Notes: generated by a model from the sequence alone, not told the origin. 62,024 bases of DNA, filler included, from Limisphaerales bacterium (GCA_044225505.1; 3 parts of 3 records of this genome joined end to end with filler, not necessarily neighbours in it), one strand, 5' to 3'. Numbered from the whole stretch's first letter, positions 40,283 through 51,048 are shown. Program-made: numbers and translations.

Positions 40283-41317
40283 TTAATATTGACCATCCCG
40301 CACTTCAAAGTGCGTCGCCTTACCGAGACTGCCCCCTCCACTTCGTACCCAATCGGCGATCCACTCCATCACCTGTCTTAGGTCCATGGCTGGAAGTCCC
40401 AAAGCTCGGCAAAGGCGCGTCGAGTTACTCAGCAGCGCGGTCGGTGCTTCGATCCCAACACCTGGAAACGGCCGTTCGAGCAACTGGCTAAACTCTCGGC
40501 CCAACTCGCGAACGGAAAGCGTGGCCGGCCCGGTCAAATTGTAGAGCGCGGGCGGATTGGACGTTAACGCGAAGGACCGGAGGATCATCTCGTTAGCATC
40601 TCCTTGCCAGATGCAATTGAGGTATCCCATGGCCAGGTCCAACGGTTTTCCATCCCAAACCCGCTGGGCGATATCTCGGAGCACGCCATAGCGCAGCTCG
40701 ACAGCGTAGTTCAGCCGCAGAAGAGCGAGCTTTGTTCCATTTCGATTGGCAAAATATTGAAAGATACGCTCGCGCGCCAGGGCAGCTCCTGCGTATTCGC
40801 CAACCGGCGCGGGGGCCAAAGCCTCTGTGGCGCCGCCGCTCTCCACAGGAACAAAGGGGTAAACATTGCCGGTCGACAGCGCGACGAGCCGCGCTCGCGG
40901 ATAGCGCTCCGCGACATTTGCTGGAACAAGCGTATTGACCGCCCACGTCAACGCTGGATTGTCGGCCGTCCCAAATTTTACTCCGACGAGGTAGAGCACG
41001 TTGAGAGAGTCGGGCAACGGCGCGAGTGACCCCCGCTCTAGGAGATCCACCGTCGCCGTCCGGATCCGGCGTGCTTCTAACCACTTTTGCGTGGCGGGGT
41101 TTGAGAAACGGCTAGCCGCGACAATTTCGAGGTCGCGCCCCGCAGATTCCGCCGCTCGTCGCAATAACCAGCAAAGAGACGGCCCCATTTTGCCACTCGC
41201 CCCGAGAACGACTACCGGACTGCGCAACTGACCGACCGCATCGCACAATGCCGCGCTCGGACGACTGAGCGCCTCGTCGAGCTCGTCGACGGTTCGGATC
41301 TTCTCTGGCAATTCCAT
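40283..41317 (-). CDS. NAD-dependent epimerase/dehydratase
   Basis: GASGKMG Rossmann motif, STGNVYP, RLNYA. Confidence 0.9.
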   Translation of the reverse strand: MELPEKIRTVDELDEALSRPSAALCDAVGQLRSPVVVLGASGKMGPSLCWLLRRAAESAGRDLEIVAASRFSNPATQKWLEARRIRTATVDLLERGSLAPLPDSLNVLYLVGVKFGTADNPALTWAVNTLVPANVAERYPRARLVALSTGNVYPFVPVESGGATEALAPAPVGEYAGAALARERIFQYFANRNGTKLALLRLNYAVELRYGVLRDIAQRVWDGKPLDLAMGYLNCIWQGDANEMILRSFALTSNPPALYNLTGPATLSVRELGREFSQLLERPFPGVGIEAPTALLSNSTRLCRALGLPAMDLRQVMEWIADWVRSGGGSLGKATHFEVRDGQY

Positions 41318-41360
41318 AGATTAAGCCCCTGAATAACCCACTTCGTTTTCGAGAGCGATC

Positions 41361-42717
41361 CTACCGCACGATGAGGTGCAACAGGAATAACGCGCTGAGA
41401 CACCACGCCATCCACGATACTTGTTTGCTCCGCCCGGCGCCCAGCATAAAGCCTGCATAAACCACAAAACCGATGGCGATTCCCTCGCTAATGCTGAATG
41501 TCAGCGGCATGAGCAACATGGTCAATATGGCCGGCACCGCCTTCGTGAAATCCTGCAAGTCTAACTCGCGCGCGCTTTGCATCATGAACACACCAACGAT
41601 CACCAACGCCGGCGCCGTGGCGGCCGACGGGATCACCCGGATCAACGGATGAAAGACAAGCGACAAAAGAAAGCAGCTGGCCACCACCAACGCCGTAACG
41701 CCCGTTCGTCCGCCCGCTTCAACCCCGGCCGCCGATTCGATATAACTCGTCACGGTCGAAGTGCCCAGCGTCGATCCTACCATTGCCGCTGTGGCGTCCG
41801 CGGCCAGCGCCCGGCCGATCTTGGGAAGATTCCCCTGTTTGTCCAGCAGGCCTGCGCGCTGGCAAACGCCGATCAGCGTGCCCATGTTATCGAACAAATC
41901 GACGAAGAGCAGAGCGAGAATCAAGGGAAACGTCTGGCGTAAGTGTTCCACGACATATTTCAAGTCCAGCGCCAGAAACGTCGGAGCCAGGGAGGCAGGC
42001 GCATCAATCCATTTCTCCGGCCAAACTGTCAGATGACCTTTGCCGTCCGCCCCAGGAATGAACGCGCCCACGAGTGTCAACATGATAACGGAAAGAATGA
42101 TGGCGCCACGCACTTTGCGAGCCACCAGGATCGCCGTCAGGATAATTCCGAAAAGCACCAGGAGCGTTGCCGGCGCCGCGAGATTACCAACACGAACGAA
42201 CGTCGCCGGATCCGCAACGACCAGGCCGCCGTTCTTGAGCCCGATAAAGGCGATGAACAAGCCAATGCCGCAACTGATCGCAATCTTCAGCTCGGACGGA
42301 ATGGCTTCAACAATGCGCTGGCGGATTCCGTAAAGGTGAGAGCCAAAAACAGCGCGCCGCTGCAAAACCAATGATCCCCAAGGCCGCGGGCCATGGCACC
42401 TTGAGTCCCAGGCAAATCGTATATGTGAAGAAGGCATTCACTCCCATCCCGGGCGCCAAGGCGATTGGGTAATTCGTGGCCAATGCCATGACGATCGTCA
42501 TGATCGCCGAGGCCAAAGCGGTGGCGGAAATCACAGCGCCCACATCCATGCCCGTTGCCGACAAAATTGCAGGATTAACGACGAGGATGTAGCACATCGC
42601 GGCAAAGGTTGTTAACCCCGCCGTAACTTCGGTTCGGAACGTCGTGCCGTGCTCCGCGAGCTGGAAGAATCGCCTGAATCCCTGCCCGATCATGCCGGCG
42701 ACCTTAGTGGGTCGCAA
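41361..42717 (-). CDS. NCS2/AzgA-type purine permease, apparently with two frameshifts (about 42370 and 42329)
   Basis: N-half EVTAGLTTF..YILVVNP..LAPGMG and C-half FDNMGTL, YIESAAG..GGRTG, PLTFSISEG are in different frames. The bridging CSGALFLALTF is in the third frame. Confidence 0.88.
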
Positions 42718-42720
42718 AAC

Positions 42721-43872
42721 TCATGGCAATGCGGAAGGTACGATCGGCTTCGCTTGGGCGAGCACACGCTTGGACGGCACATAGTTTCCCACAAACTCGC
42801 GGCGAAACTCCGCGAAAGTCCCCGCCGCCAAGTGCGCCCGGATGTCTATCATCAACTGCAGATACATGTGCGAGTTATGGACGCTGACCATCCGCAGCCC
42901 CAGAATCTCTTCCACGTTCAGCAAGTGCCGGATGTACGCTCGCGAGAAGTTTTGGCACGCGTAGCAGGGACACCCCTCTTCGATCGGTCGAAAGTCAGCT
43001 TTATTAAATCCCGCTTTGACACTGACAGCTCCTTGGCGCGTGAATGCCGTGCCGTTGCGCGCTACCCGGGTCGGAAGGACGCAATCGAACATATCGACTC
43101 CACGGGCGACTAATTCCACGATCTGCGCCGGGGTGCCGAGACCCATCGCATATCGGGGACGATCCTCCGGCAGGAACGGTTCGGTCAGTTCAATCGCCCG
43201 ATAAATCTCCGCCTCCGGCTCGCCCACACTTACCCCGCCAATGGCGTAACCATCAAATCCCAGAGCAACCAGAGCTTTGGCGCAATGCTCTCGCATCCCG
43301 GCGTGGCTCCCCCCCTGCACAATCCCGAAGACCTGTTGACCGGGTGCCCGCTCTTGTTCTCGGCATTCCCCCGCCCAACGGAGCGTCCGCTCTACCGCTT
43401 CCTTCATCGCGTGCACGGTTGACGTGTGCGGTGGACACTCGTCGAAGACCATCGCGATATCAGAGCCCAGCTCGCGCTGCACTTGCATAGCCTCTTTTGG
43501 ACCGAGAAAAAGAAGCGAACCATCCAAGTGGGATCGGAACTCTACCCCGTGTGGCTTTACTTTGCGGATCTTGGCCAGGCTGAACACTTGAAACCCGCCG
43601 CTATCCGTAAGGATTGGCAGTTTCCAATTGATGAAGCCGTGCAATCCTCCCGCGGCCCGAATGATCTCCATGCCAGGCCGAATGCTCAAGTGATACGTAT
43701 TTCCCAGAATGACCTGGGTTCCCATCTCCAGCAATTCGCGGGGATCGAGCGCCTTAACACTGCCCTGTGTTCCCACAGGCATAAACACGGGCGTCTCGAT
43801 GACCCCGTGAGCCGTCGTTAGGCGCCCCAAACGAGCGTGCGACGTGCTCTCCGAATGTAACAATTCAAACAT
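42721..43872 (-). CDS. tgt: tRNA-guanine(34) transglycosylase
   Basis: TPVFMPVGT, NTYHL, TDSGGFQ, FDEC, GIVQGG, DMFDCVLPTR, and Zn site CPCYAC..H. Confidence 0.97.
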   Translation of the reverse strand: MFELLHSESTSHARLGRLTTAHGVIETPVFMPVGTQGSVKALDPRELLEMGTQVILGNTYHLSIRPGMEIIRAAGGLHGFINWKLPILTDSGGFQVFSLAKIRKVKPHGVEFRSHLDGSLLFLGPKEAMQVQRELGSDIAMVFDECPPHTSTVHAMKEAVERTLRWAGECREQERAPGQQVFGIVQGGSHAGMREHCAKALVALGFDGYAIGGVSVGEPEAEIYRAIELTEPFLPEDRPRYAMGLGTPAQIVELVARGVDMFDCVLPTRVARNGTAFTRQGAVSVKAGFNKADFRPIEEGCPCYACQNFSRAYIRHLLNVEEILGLRMVSVHNSHMYLQLMIDIRAHLAAGTFAEFRREFVGNYVPSKRVLAQAKPIVPSALP

Positions 43873-44006
43873 GTCAGTTGTCGATCACTGGGATGCTGAC
43901 GCTAGGTTCGCACAGGGATTTCCGCGATTCATCAGCCTCCGTTCGGTTCCGGAGGCGTCCGCCAGCCAGCACAAAGCATCGCCCGTGTGGCAACGTCCTG
44001 TCCAGG

Positions 44007-44047
44007 AAAACAAAAAACCGTGTTCTGGTCGCCCAGCAACACGGTTT
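44007..44047 (-). terminator. Intrinsic terminator after the prepilin gene
   Basis: Stem AAACCGTGTT/AACACGGTTT followed by a T-run on the minus strand. Confidence 0.7.
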
Positions 44048-44064
44048 GTGAAGAACAAACTAAA

Positions 44065-44988
44065 TTACTTCTTCGCGGAAGTGCGTTCGGAAATCCATTG
44101 CCAATCGATGCTTCCCGTAACGGTCTTGCGAGTGGGTTGTCCCTTGCCACCGACAATCGGAACTTTGGTCCGAGGATCTTTCCACTTGTGGATTTCAGAA
44201 TGGCCGTCAGCGAACGCGAAACCGCACGCCATGTTATGATAAGTCGCCGGCCAGTCGATCCATTCGGGAGTCTTCATTCCAACCGCGAAACCGCCGTCGT
44301 TGATGCTCCATTGATCTTCATCCAGGAGCACCCACAAGTTCGCCGGGCCGGGATCGACGATATCCGATTCCTTGCCGTAAACACGATACGCACCGTTACG
44401 CGAATGACCGTGATTGTTGTCGAGCCAAGGTCCGTTCACCGCCATCTTGCCAAAGCTCGGGCTGTATGGATCCGTTCCAACCGCCTGACTCATGGCAAAT
44501 GTCCGTGCTGCGGGAACTTTGGTCTTCTTCAGCTCCGCACGCGTGCCTTGATATGTGCCAGTTCGCTTGTCCGCCGGGCACTTAAATTGCGAGTGTGTCG
44601 CGCCGTAGGGAACGAGCAGCGAGAGCTTCGGATCATCCAGAATGTCAGGGTTAAACTCCTGACCGCCTCCCACGCCAGCTTGCCCTGGACACCAGTTAGC
44701 ACCCGCGGTCGTATTACCGTCGTCCGGGTTGGGCGGGAACAGGTCGTTAAAGTCGTTTTGGTATAGCTTCATCGAGAGCATCATCTGCTTGCCGTTATTC
44801 ATGCAGAAAATGCCTTGCGCCTTGGTCTTGGATTTCGCCAACGCGGGCAGAAGCATTCCAGCCAAGATCGCAATAATCGCGATCACGACCAGGAGTTCAA
44901 TGAGCGTAAACCCGCCAGAATCTTTCTGGCGATTCAACGCCCGTGGGGACGGTTGTTTCGGTTTCATTCGCATAATCAACATCCGCAT
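44065..44988 (-). CDS. Prepilin-type N-terminal cleavage/methylation protein with H-X9-DG domain
   Basis: [49 protein letters not shown]. Exact start uncertain. Confidence 0.93.
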   Translation of the reverse strand: MRMLIMRMKPKQPSPRALNRQKDSGGFTLIELLVVIAIIAILAGMLLPALAKSKTKAQGIFCMNNGKQMMLSMKLYQNDFNDLFPPNPDDGNTTAGANWCPGQAGVGGGQEFNPDILDDPKLSLLVPYGATHSQFKCPADKRTGTYQGTRAELKKTKVPAARTFAMSQAVGTDPYSPSFGKMAVNGPWLDNNHGHSRNGAYRVYGKESDIVDPGPANLWVLLDEDQWSINDGGFAVGMKTPEWIDWPATYHNMACGFAFADGHSEIHKWKDPRTKVPIVGGKGQPTRKTVTGSIDWQWISERTSAKK

Positions 44989-45679
44989 TTGTGGGATACC
45001 TGCATTAACTAAACGCTCGGTCTTGCTGTGTCAAAACTTTACTCGGGTGCAGCCCAGGGCACAACTGTGCGTCTCAGGGCACACAAGAGACGTTTATTAC
45101 GGTCAACACCGCACCAGACTTGGGGTCCACCCAACACGATCCCGGTCGCGTCCTAGATGGCTTGTCATGAATAGACTACAACCGACGCCGACGCAGATTT
45201 AGTGAAGTTGACGCGAGCTATAAGCAATACGCGACCTGAGAAGAAATCCTTTCGACTCGGATCGCTCCTCAAACCACGGCACCCACACGGAGTTCCATGC
45301 CGGAAACGCCGATCGGTGATACGCTGAGCCGAACCAAATCCAGACTCCGAGAAGTCCGCGTTGAAGGGGATCGTGCATGACCGGCGTTCCGCTCCGGTTG
45401 CCGTCCCACCGAGGTTCCGGGACCGATCGCATTCCACGGCAAATGTTGCACACTATGTCCTCAATTTGTTCCCGGACTGTGCGACATTTCAGAGCATCCC
45501 CTTTGAATTTCACAGTTTATGCCCCCTGACAACCGTGGACTTGCTCTGGGCCGATCAATTTACCGGGATAAGTGATGATTTATCGAGTAAACCATTCTGC
45601 TGGATATGCTTGGATAACATCACGACCGGCGCCGGGTGGGTCGATGGGGGTAACCATCCCATTGACGGCTCGAACCAAC

Positions 45680-45768
45680 CCCAGTGCAAGACCGCATCAA
45701 TCCCGCTGCAAGCCCGCACATCGACCGGCGTTGCACCGGCCTTGCAGCGGCCTTGCACCGGCTTTGCC
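45680..45768. repeat. 11-bp periodic tandem/inverted repeat
   Basis: CCGGCGTTGCA-CCGGCCTTGCA-GCGGCCTTGCA-CCGGCTTTGCC at 45725-45768, preceded by reverse-oriented units such as CCCGCTGCAAG. Confidence 0.7.
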
Positions 45769-45780
45769 TCGAATCAGCCC

Positions 45781-46058
45781 CCTAGTGGGGTGACCGCTAA
45801 GTCCTTGCACTTTCGCGGCGAGGGCTTTTGCGCGCCCGCAAGGCGCGAGCGAGGCGCAGACCCGTTGCGGGCTGTAACGAGCGAGGAACGCGGCGGGTGC
45901 GCGAAAGAACCGCCGCCCAAAGGGTTGCGCTGAAAATGGGGCCTGGCGAGGCGCGACGACGGAGGATAGCCGCCGCGCTCTCTGACCGAGGAGCAACGAA
46001 GCCAGGACCCATTTGGAGCGCAATGAAAATATAAGGACTTAGCTGTCACCCCACCAGG
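45781..46058. mobile_element. MITE-like element, 278 bp, with 34-bp terminal inverted repeats
   Basis: 45781-45814 matches the reverse complement of 46025-46058 at 29/34 positions. The ends carry CTAG and CCAG. There are two related internal subunits (GCAAGGCGCGA.., GCGAGGCGCGA..) and no convincing ORF. Confidence 0.7.
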
Positions 46059-46163
46059 AGCTCGCCCGATTTGTGCCAGGGTCTATGGGTGACACGATCC
46101 GGGATCAAGATGTCGGCAGCGGATTCTTACGAGACGGGGAACAGGGATACCAAAGGAGAACGG

Positions 46164-46198
46164 GATTACGATTACGATTACGATTACGATTACGATTA
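46164..46198. repeat. (GATTAC)5+ hexanucleotide tandem repeat
   Basis: Five perfect units plus GATTA, followed by a purine-rich tract. Confidence 0.9.
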
Positions 46199-46377
46199 AG
46201 AGGAGGAATGGGAGGGGAGAGAGGGACTAGAGGACAGCGAGGTAACAGAAATCGGGCGTCGAACTTAAACGGCGCCTGTCCGCAATTTGCGGACAGCGAT
46301 GGAACCCCCTTTCGCTCAATAAGTAAGCTGCAACTGGCCCGGGCGCCGACGCCTGCCACGAGCCTGCCGCGAACGCC

Positions 46378-47133
46378 CTACTTCACCGTATTAACCAACG
46401 GCGCCAATCCTTGGATCCGAACTTCCAGGCGATCCCCAGATTCTATGGGGCCGACACCACTTGGTGTCCCCGTAAGAATGACATCTCCAGGGAGCAAGGT
46501 CATGTTTGTCGAAATGAAACTGACCAAGTGAAAGCAATTGAATATGAGCTGGCTGGTGTTTGAGTTCTGCCTCAATTGCCCATTCTGAAAGAGCTGGATC
46601 GTCAGATCATGGGGATCGATCTTGGTTTCAACATACGGTCCCAGCGGGGTGAACGTGTCGAAAGACTTCGCGCGCGCCCATTGACTCTCCGCCGCTTGAA
46701 TCGTGCGATCGCTGATGTCCTGCGAGGCGGTGTAGCCAAAAATATAGCGTGCGGCCGCGGCCGGAGTCACGTTCCGCATCCGTCGACCAATGACAATCGC
46801 CAATTCCGCCTCGTAATCGGTGCGGTGCGTAGCAAATGGGATCTCCACCTTTCCACCGTCAGGAATGAGGGAAGTTGGCGCTTTCATCCAAAAGAGCGGC
46901 TCGGTGGGCAACGGTTTGCCCGATTCGCGCGCGTGGTCTGCATAATTGAGACCGACCGCGATCACTTTTGAAGGTGCCACAGGGGTCAGGGTCTTGACTC
47001 CTTTGAGAGGAATCGGCTTTTTCTCGTAGGAAGGCGAGCCGAAGACATCCCCTTGCAAACGATAGAGTTGGCCATCTATGACCTTGGCAAAGAAGATATC
47101 GTCACCCTTCTGGAATCGGCCGATTGCTGCCAT
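46378..47133 (-). CDS. Fumarylacetoacetate hydrolase family protein
   Basis: VGLNYADH, DYEAELAIVIG, DISDR, AKSFDTF, GDVILTGTP. Confidence 0.95.
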   Translation of the reverse strand: MAAIGRFQKGDDIFFAKVIDGQLYRLQGDVFGSPSYEKKPIPLKGVKTLTPVAPSKVIAVGLNYADHARESGKPLPTEPLFWMKAPTSLIPDGGKVEIPFATHRTDYEAELAIVIGRRMRNVTPAAAARYIFGYTASQDISDRTIQAAESQWARAKSFDTFTPLGPYVETKIDPHDLTIQLFQNGQLRQNSNTSQLIFNCFHLVSFISTNMTLLPGDVILTGTPSGVGPIESGDRLEVRIQGLAPLVNTVK

Positions 47134-47246
47134 ATGTGCGGCTGTTTTGTAGCAGAGCGGCTGGCTCTATCGCAAGCTGAAACTCCTTCCGGCCAAACGG
47201 GCTCGCCGTTTTTGGGGAGTAAGCCAGTCCGAAAAACAGCGCTGGA

Positions 47247-48089
47247 CTACCCTGGCGGGAGAAGCAAAAGGTCCTTGTCTTGAACCCAACCCGTCCGCAT
47301 GGTGGCGTCCCGAACTTGAAGCCAATTCTCTTTGCGATTGAGCACGGCTAACTCTGTTCCATCATGGAGTTTGGAGAAGCTTTGCGATTCTTCGAACGGT
47401 CCATAGCGGATGGCGGAATCCTTGGCAATGACTACGGCCGTGGTAGTTCTGATCTGTCGTTGCACTGACACCGCCAGCCACGTTGCCAGGATAGTCGTAG
47501 CCACTCCGCAAAAGGACGCCGCCGTACGAAAAACGCGTTGTTCTGGCCAAAGCTGGCGGCCCGCTAAGAGTAACAAGCACGCCCAAAAAAAGCTCGCGGT
47601 CACGTAAGTCTGCTGGTTCAAGGTCAAGAGCCTGAGCCATCGGTCCCACCGGGAGAACGGGGGCGGCTCAGCCCCGATCGATTCCCGGGCAAATCGGAGG
47701 TTGGCACGAACATCCGGGTCCCGAGGGGCCAAGCGCTCGGCCAAGCGATAGCTGGCGATGGCTTGCCCGATCTGCCCGTTGCGAAAATATGCGTTGCCGA
47801 GATTGAAATAGAGGGCCGCCGAGCGCTGGGGATGCTCCAACAGCGCTTGGTAACTCGAAATCGCTTCGGAGAACTTTCCCTGCTCAAAAAGGCGATTGGC
47901 AGCGTCAAAACTCCCGGATTGACCGTCAGGCTGTGGCGCCGCTCGGACGGAAAGCCCTACCGCGAGACACAGGAAAGCGATCACCAGCTGAACGGTCGAC
48001 CCCGCAGGCACAAGCCGGCAGCGCAGACAGGGCCGTCGGAAAGTCGAAGTGCACCTTAGCAACACTGAACTCGCGTCCGTTGCGCGCAT
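47247..48089 (-). CDS. BatE-like TPR + TM + SH3 protein
   Basis: TPR motif LYFNLGNAYFR..APRDPDVRANL, two TM helices, and SH3-like LHDGTEL..WLQV..GWV. Start uncertain. Confidence 0.85.
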   Translation of the reverse strand: MRATDASSVLLRCTSTFRRPCLRCRLVPAGSTVQLVIAFLCLAVGLSVRAAPQPDGQSGSFDAANRLFEQGKFSEAISSYQALLEHPQRSAALYFNLGNAYFRNGQIGQAIASYRLAERLAPRDPDVRANLRFARESIGAEPPPFSRWDRWLRLLTLNQQTYVTASFFWACLLLLAGRQLWPEQRVFRTAASFCGVATTILATWLAVSVQRQIRTTTAVVIAKDSAIRYGPFEESQSFSKLHDGTELAVLNRKENWLQVRDATMRTGWVQDKDLLLLPPG

Positions 48090-48908
48090 CTTGTAATCCT
48101 CAGGTTCTCCGGTTGTTCTAGACCCGCTCGATAACATCAGTTCGTCCTACACTTCGAAATCCCGTTCCGCACGCCTGGCCGCAGCTAGGTCGTCCAAACG
48201 CATTTCCGAGTACTTCCGTGAAAAAATCAAGCCTTGAGGTCGAGCGCTTAGAAACTCGGCCGTCTCCTTGTCGTTCTCCCTGGACTCGGCGCTGCGCGGA
48301 TCGCCCCCTTGTGGACATTCGAAGAATCGGGCTCCGCCGCCGAGCAAACCTCCGTCCCCCCTAAGCGCCCAGCCGTTCGCGGCCGATGGCCTCCGAGAAA
48401 GCTCGTGGGTAGGTCAAGGGATCCCGGAAAAGAGAGTCCGCCGCACGCCTTCTTCTACGATGTCGAGGGCTTGCTCCGTCCCGTCATCCTAGAATGCTGG
48501 AGCGTATAACTTTTTACCGACGAACAGGTTAGGGAATATCTCAGCGCTTTTCGAATGCTGAAAGAGGCGAGGCGAAAGAGTCCACGCAACGCCTGCCTGA
48601 CCCGCGGAACAAAGGCAAGCCCGTTGAGCTCTTGGGCTCACGCGAAGCCGGTCGTTCCTGGGTGCACCTGTAGGATCGCGAAACGCAGAATCGGTCAATC
48701 CCTGACTGATTTGCTTGATTTTTCTCTCAAAACCTTTGACGATTTCAGTTCCGCGAGTAAGGTATGCGACCGCGCGTTGAGAACAGATGCGGGGCCGGAA
48801 AAGATGGCTTTTGGCAAAGCCAGACTCGGTCTCAGGCCAGAAGCAGGCCCCAGCCCCGAAGCACAGCGCAAGCAACATATTCGTGATTAGAGACTTGCGT
48901 TGAACAAG

Positions 48909-48937
48909 TTGAGCGCAGCGGAATTTGATACTATGGT
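48909..48937 (+). promoter_or_regulatory. Candidate sigma70 promoter for rpoD (TTGAGC-N17-TATGGT)
   Basis: Consensus-like hexamers with 17-nt spacing, about 140 nt upstream of ATG 49076. Confidence 0.45.
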
Positions 48938-49075
48938 GTGCGGCTGGTTTAAGTCGCTGACGCTCTTCTTTGGGTCACGCGTGAGCCTCCGAATGAATGC
49001 CCGGCCCGTGACACGGTTCAATAACCTGACTCTGCCATGCGTCATTTCTCCAGTAGGAAAGTCGCGAACGCTACT

Positions 49076-50944
49076 ATGCGAACTGTCAAAACAAAGCAGC
49101 TAGTCAAAAGCAACAGCCGCAAACCTTTGCTGCTAGGACATCGATCGTCCACAAAAATTTCTTCGAAACCGGCGAGCGCCTCGCGCGACCACGGGTCCAT
49201 TTCCGTTCCAACCCCGCGCCATGCTCAGGGCGGTAACCACGGCACGACTACCCCACGCCCGGCCACTGAGGTAGTGCCCGGGGCGGTGGAGGCCTCTCTG
49301 GCCAAGCTGATGAGTCGTGGCGGTCTGGAGCTCAGCGAGAGAATCAAGGAATTGCTGCGCCTCGCCAAAGAGCAAGGTTACCTGACTTACGAAGACATCA
49401 CGGAAGCGTTTCCTGAAAGTGTCGCGACGGCCGACGATATTGGTGAAGTCCACAAGACGCTCGCCAATCATGATATCGAGATTATCGAACAGGCCGAAGT
49501 GGATCGGCTCAAGCAACCTGAGCCGGAAGAACCGGAAGACAAGGGGCATCTCGATTTGCTCGATGATCCGGTCCGGATGTATCTGAGCCAGATGGGTAAA
49601 GTCCCGCTCCTGGACCGGGAGAAGGAAGTTGCCATCTGCAAACGGATCGAGGAAGCGGAGGCGGAGGTCAAACGGATCATTTATGGCTTTGGCTTTACCG
49701 CCAAAGAGCATATGGCGCTGGCAGAGAAGTTAATTTCCGAACCCCCGAAAGAGCGCTTCGACCGCGTTGTCGTGGACACGAAGATGAGTTCACGCGATCA
49801 GCATCTCAAAGCGCTGCGACAACTCGTCAAGAGCGTGCGCAAGCTCGACCTGAACGTGGACGACAAGTTTTCGCGATGGCAAGCGAGTGCGACCAAAACG
49901 GCGAAAGACAAAGCCTTCAACGAACTGCACAAGCTGGATCGTAAACTGCAAGCCACCTTTGGCCCGTTCCACTACAAGCCGAAAGTGATTGAGGAAATGA
50001 TCCTCGTGGCCGAAAACATCCACGATAAGTTGAAAGTCAGCCTGGTCGCGATTCAGGATCTGGAAAAGCACCGCAAGACTCCCCAGCAGCAAGGACTGAT
50101 CGATGGGGAACGAAGCAAGATCAAGTCTCTCGAAGCGTTTGTGCGGATGCCCTCGACCGAGTTCATGGAGAGCTACGCGCAATTGAAACGATTTGCTGGA
50201 AAAGCGCTCCAAGCCAAAACGGAGATGGTGGAAGCGAACTTGCGGCTGGTGGTGTCGATCGCCAAGAAATACACCAACCGTGGCCTCTCATTCCTCGACC
50301 TGATTCAGGAAGGCAACATGGGCCTGATGAAGGCGGTGGAAAAATTTGAGTATCGCCGTGGGTATAAGTTTTCCACCTACGCGATCTGGTGGATCCGACA
50401 GGCGATCACTCGCGCGGTGGCTGACCAGGCCCGGACGATTCGCATCCCGGTGCACATGATCGAAGTGATCAATAAGCTGATGCGGGTGCAGAAGCAGATT
50501 ATGCAGGACTTCGGCCGCGAAGCCACGCCTGAAGAGATTGCCGATGAGATGCAGATGCCGGTCGAGCGGGTGCGTGCCATTCAAAAGATGGCCGAACAGG
50601 CCGTCTCGTTGCACGCTCCGATCGGCGAAGACGGAGACACTAACGTTGGCGATCTGATCGAAGACAACACGGCCGAGAACCCGTCTGAAATGACGAGTTT
50701 CCGCCTGCTCAAAGACAAGCTGACCGATGTGCTCGGAACTCTCACTGAGCGCGAACGAAAAGTGCTCGAACTACGATTCGGCTTGGTCGATGGTTACGTG
50801 CGGACTTTGGAGGAAGTGGGCAAGCAATATAAAGTCACGCGGGAACGCATTCGCCAGATCGAAGCCAAAGCCCTGCGCAAACTGCGACATCCGACGCGAA
50901 TTCGGCATTTGCAGGGGTTCCTGGAAGGCGCAGAGGCAGCCTAA
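49076..50944 (+). CDS. rpoD: Group 1-type RNA polymerase sigma factor RpoD
   Basis: Region 1.1 [12 protein letters not shown], 1.2 DDPVRMYL, 2 [29 protein letters not shown], 4.2 [20 protein letters not shown]. Alternative start at 49037. Confidence 0.93.
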   Translation: MRTVKTKQLVKSNSRKPLLLGHRSSTKISSKPASASRDHGSISVPTPRHAQGGNHGTTTPRPATEVVPGAVEASLAKLMSRGGLELSERIKELLRLAKEQGYLTYEDITEAFPESVATADDIGEVHKTLANHDIEIIEQAEVDRLKQPEPEEPEDKGHLDLLDDPVRMYLSQMGKVPLLDREKEVAICKRIEEAEAEVKRIIYGFGFTAKEHMALAEKLISEPPKERFDRVVVDTKMSSRDQHLKALRQLVKSVRKLDLNVDDKFSRWQASATKTAKDKAFNELHKLDRKLQATFGPFHYKPKVIEEMILVAENIHDKLKVSLVAIQDLEKHRKTPQQQGLIDGERSKIKSLEAFVRMPSTEFMESYAQLKRFAGKALQAKTEMVEANLRLVVSIAKKYTNRGLSFLDLIQEGNMGLMKAVEKFEYRRGYKFSTYAIWWIRQAITRAVADQARTIRIPVHMIEVINKLMRVQKQIMQDFGREATPEEIADEMQMPVERVRAIQKMAEQAVSLHAPIGEDGDTNVGDLIEDNTAENPSEMTSFRLLKDKLTDVLGTLTERERKVLELRFGLVDGYVRTLEEVGKQYKVTRERIRQIEAKALRKLRHPTRIRHLQGFLEGAEAA

Positions 50945-51048
50945 CCCCGTCCGACTCGCCGCTCGCGGCGGGCGAATGCGACGGAACGGAGAAGCTCGAT
51001 CGGACTTTCCAACGAGCCCGGGCAATCCCGTGCTCGAACATAAACGCC

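Noticed and set aside
46073..46531. ORFs with LRLRLR or NRNRNR repeats
   Set aside because: These are translations of the GATTAC microsatellite, and one overlaps the FAA hydrolase gene antisense.
48118..48251. Possible second MITE (CTAGACCCGCTCGA ... TCGAGCGCTTAG)
   Set aside because: The inverted match is only about 7 bp, too weak without other copies.
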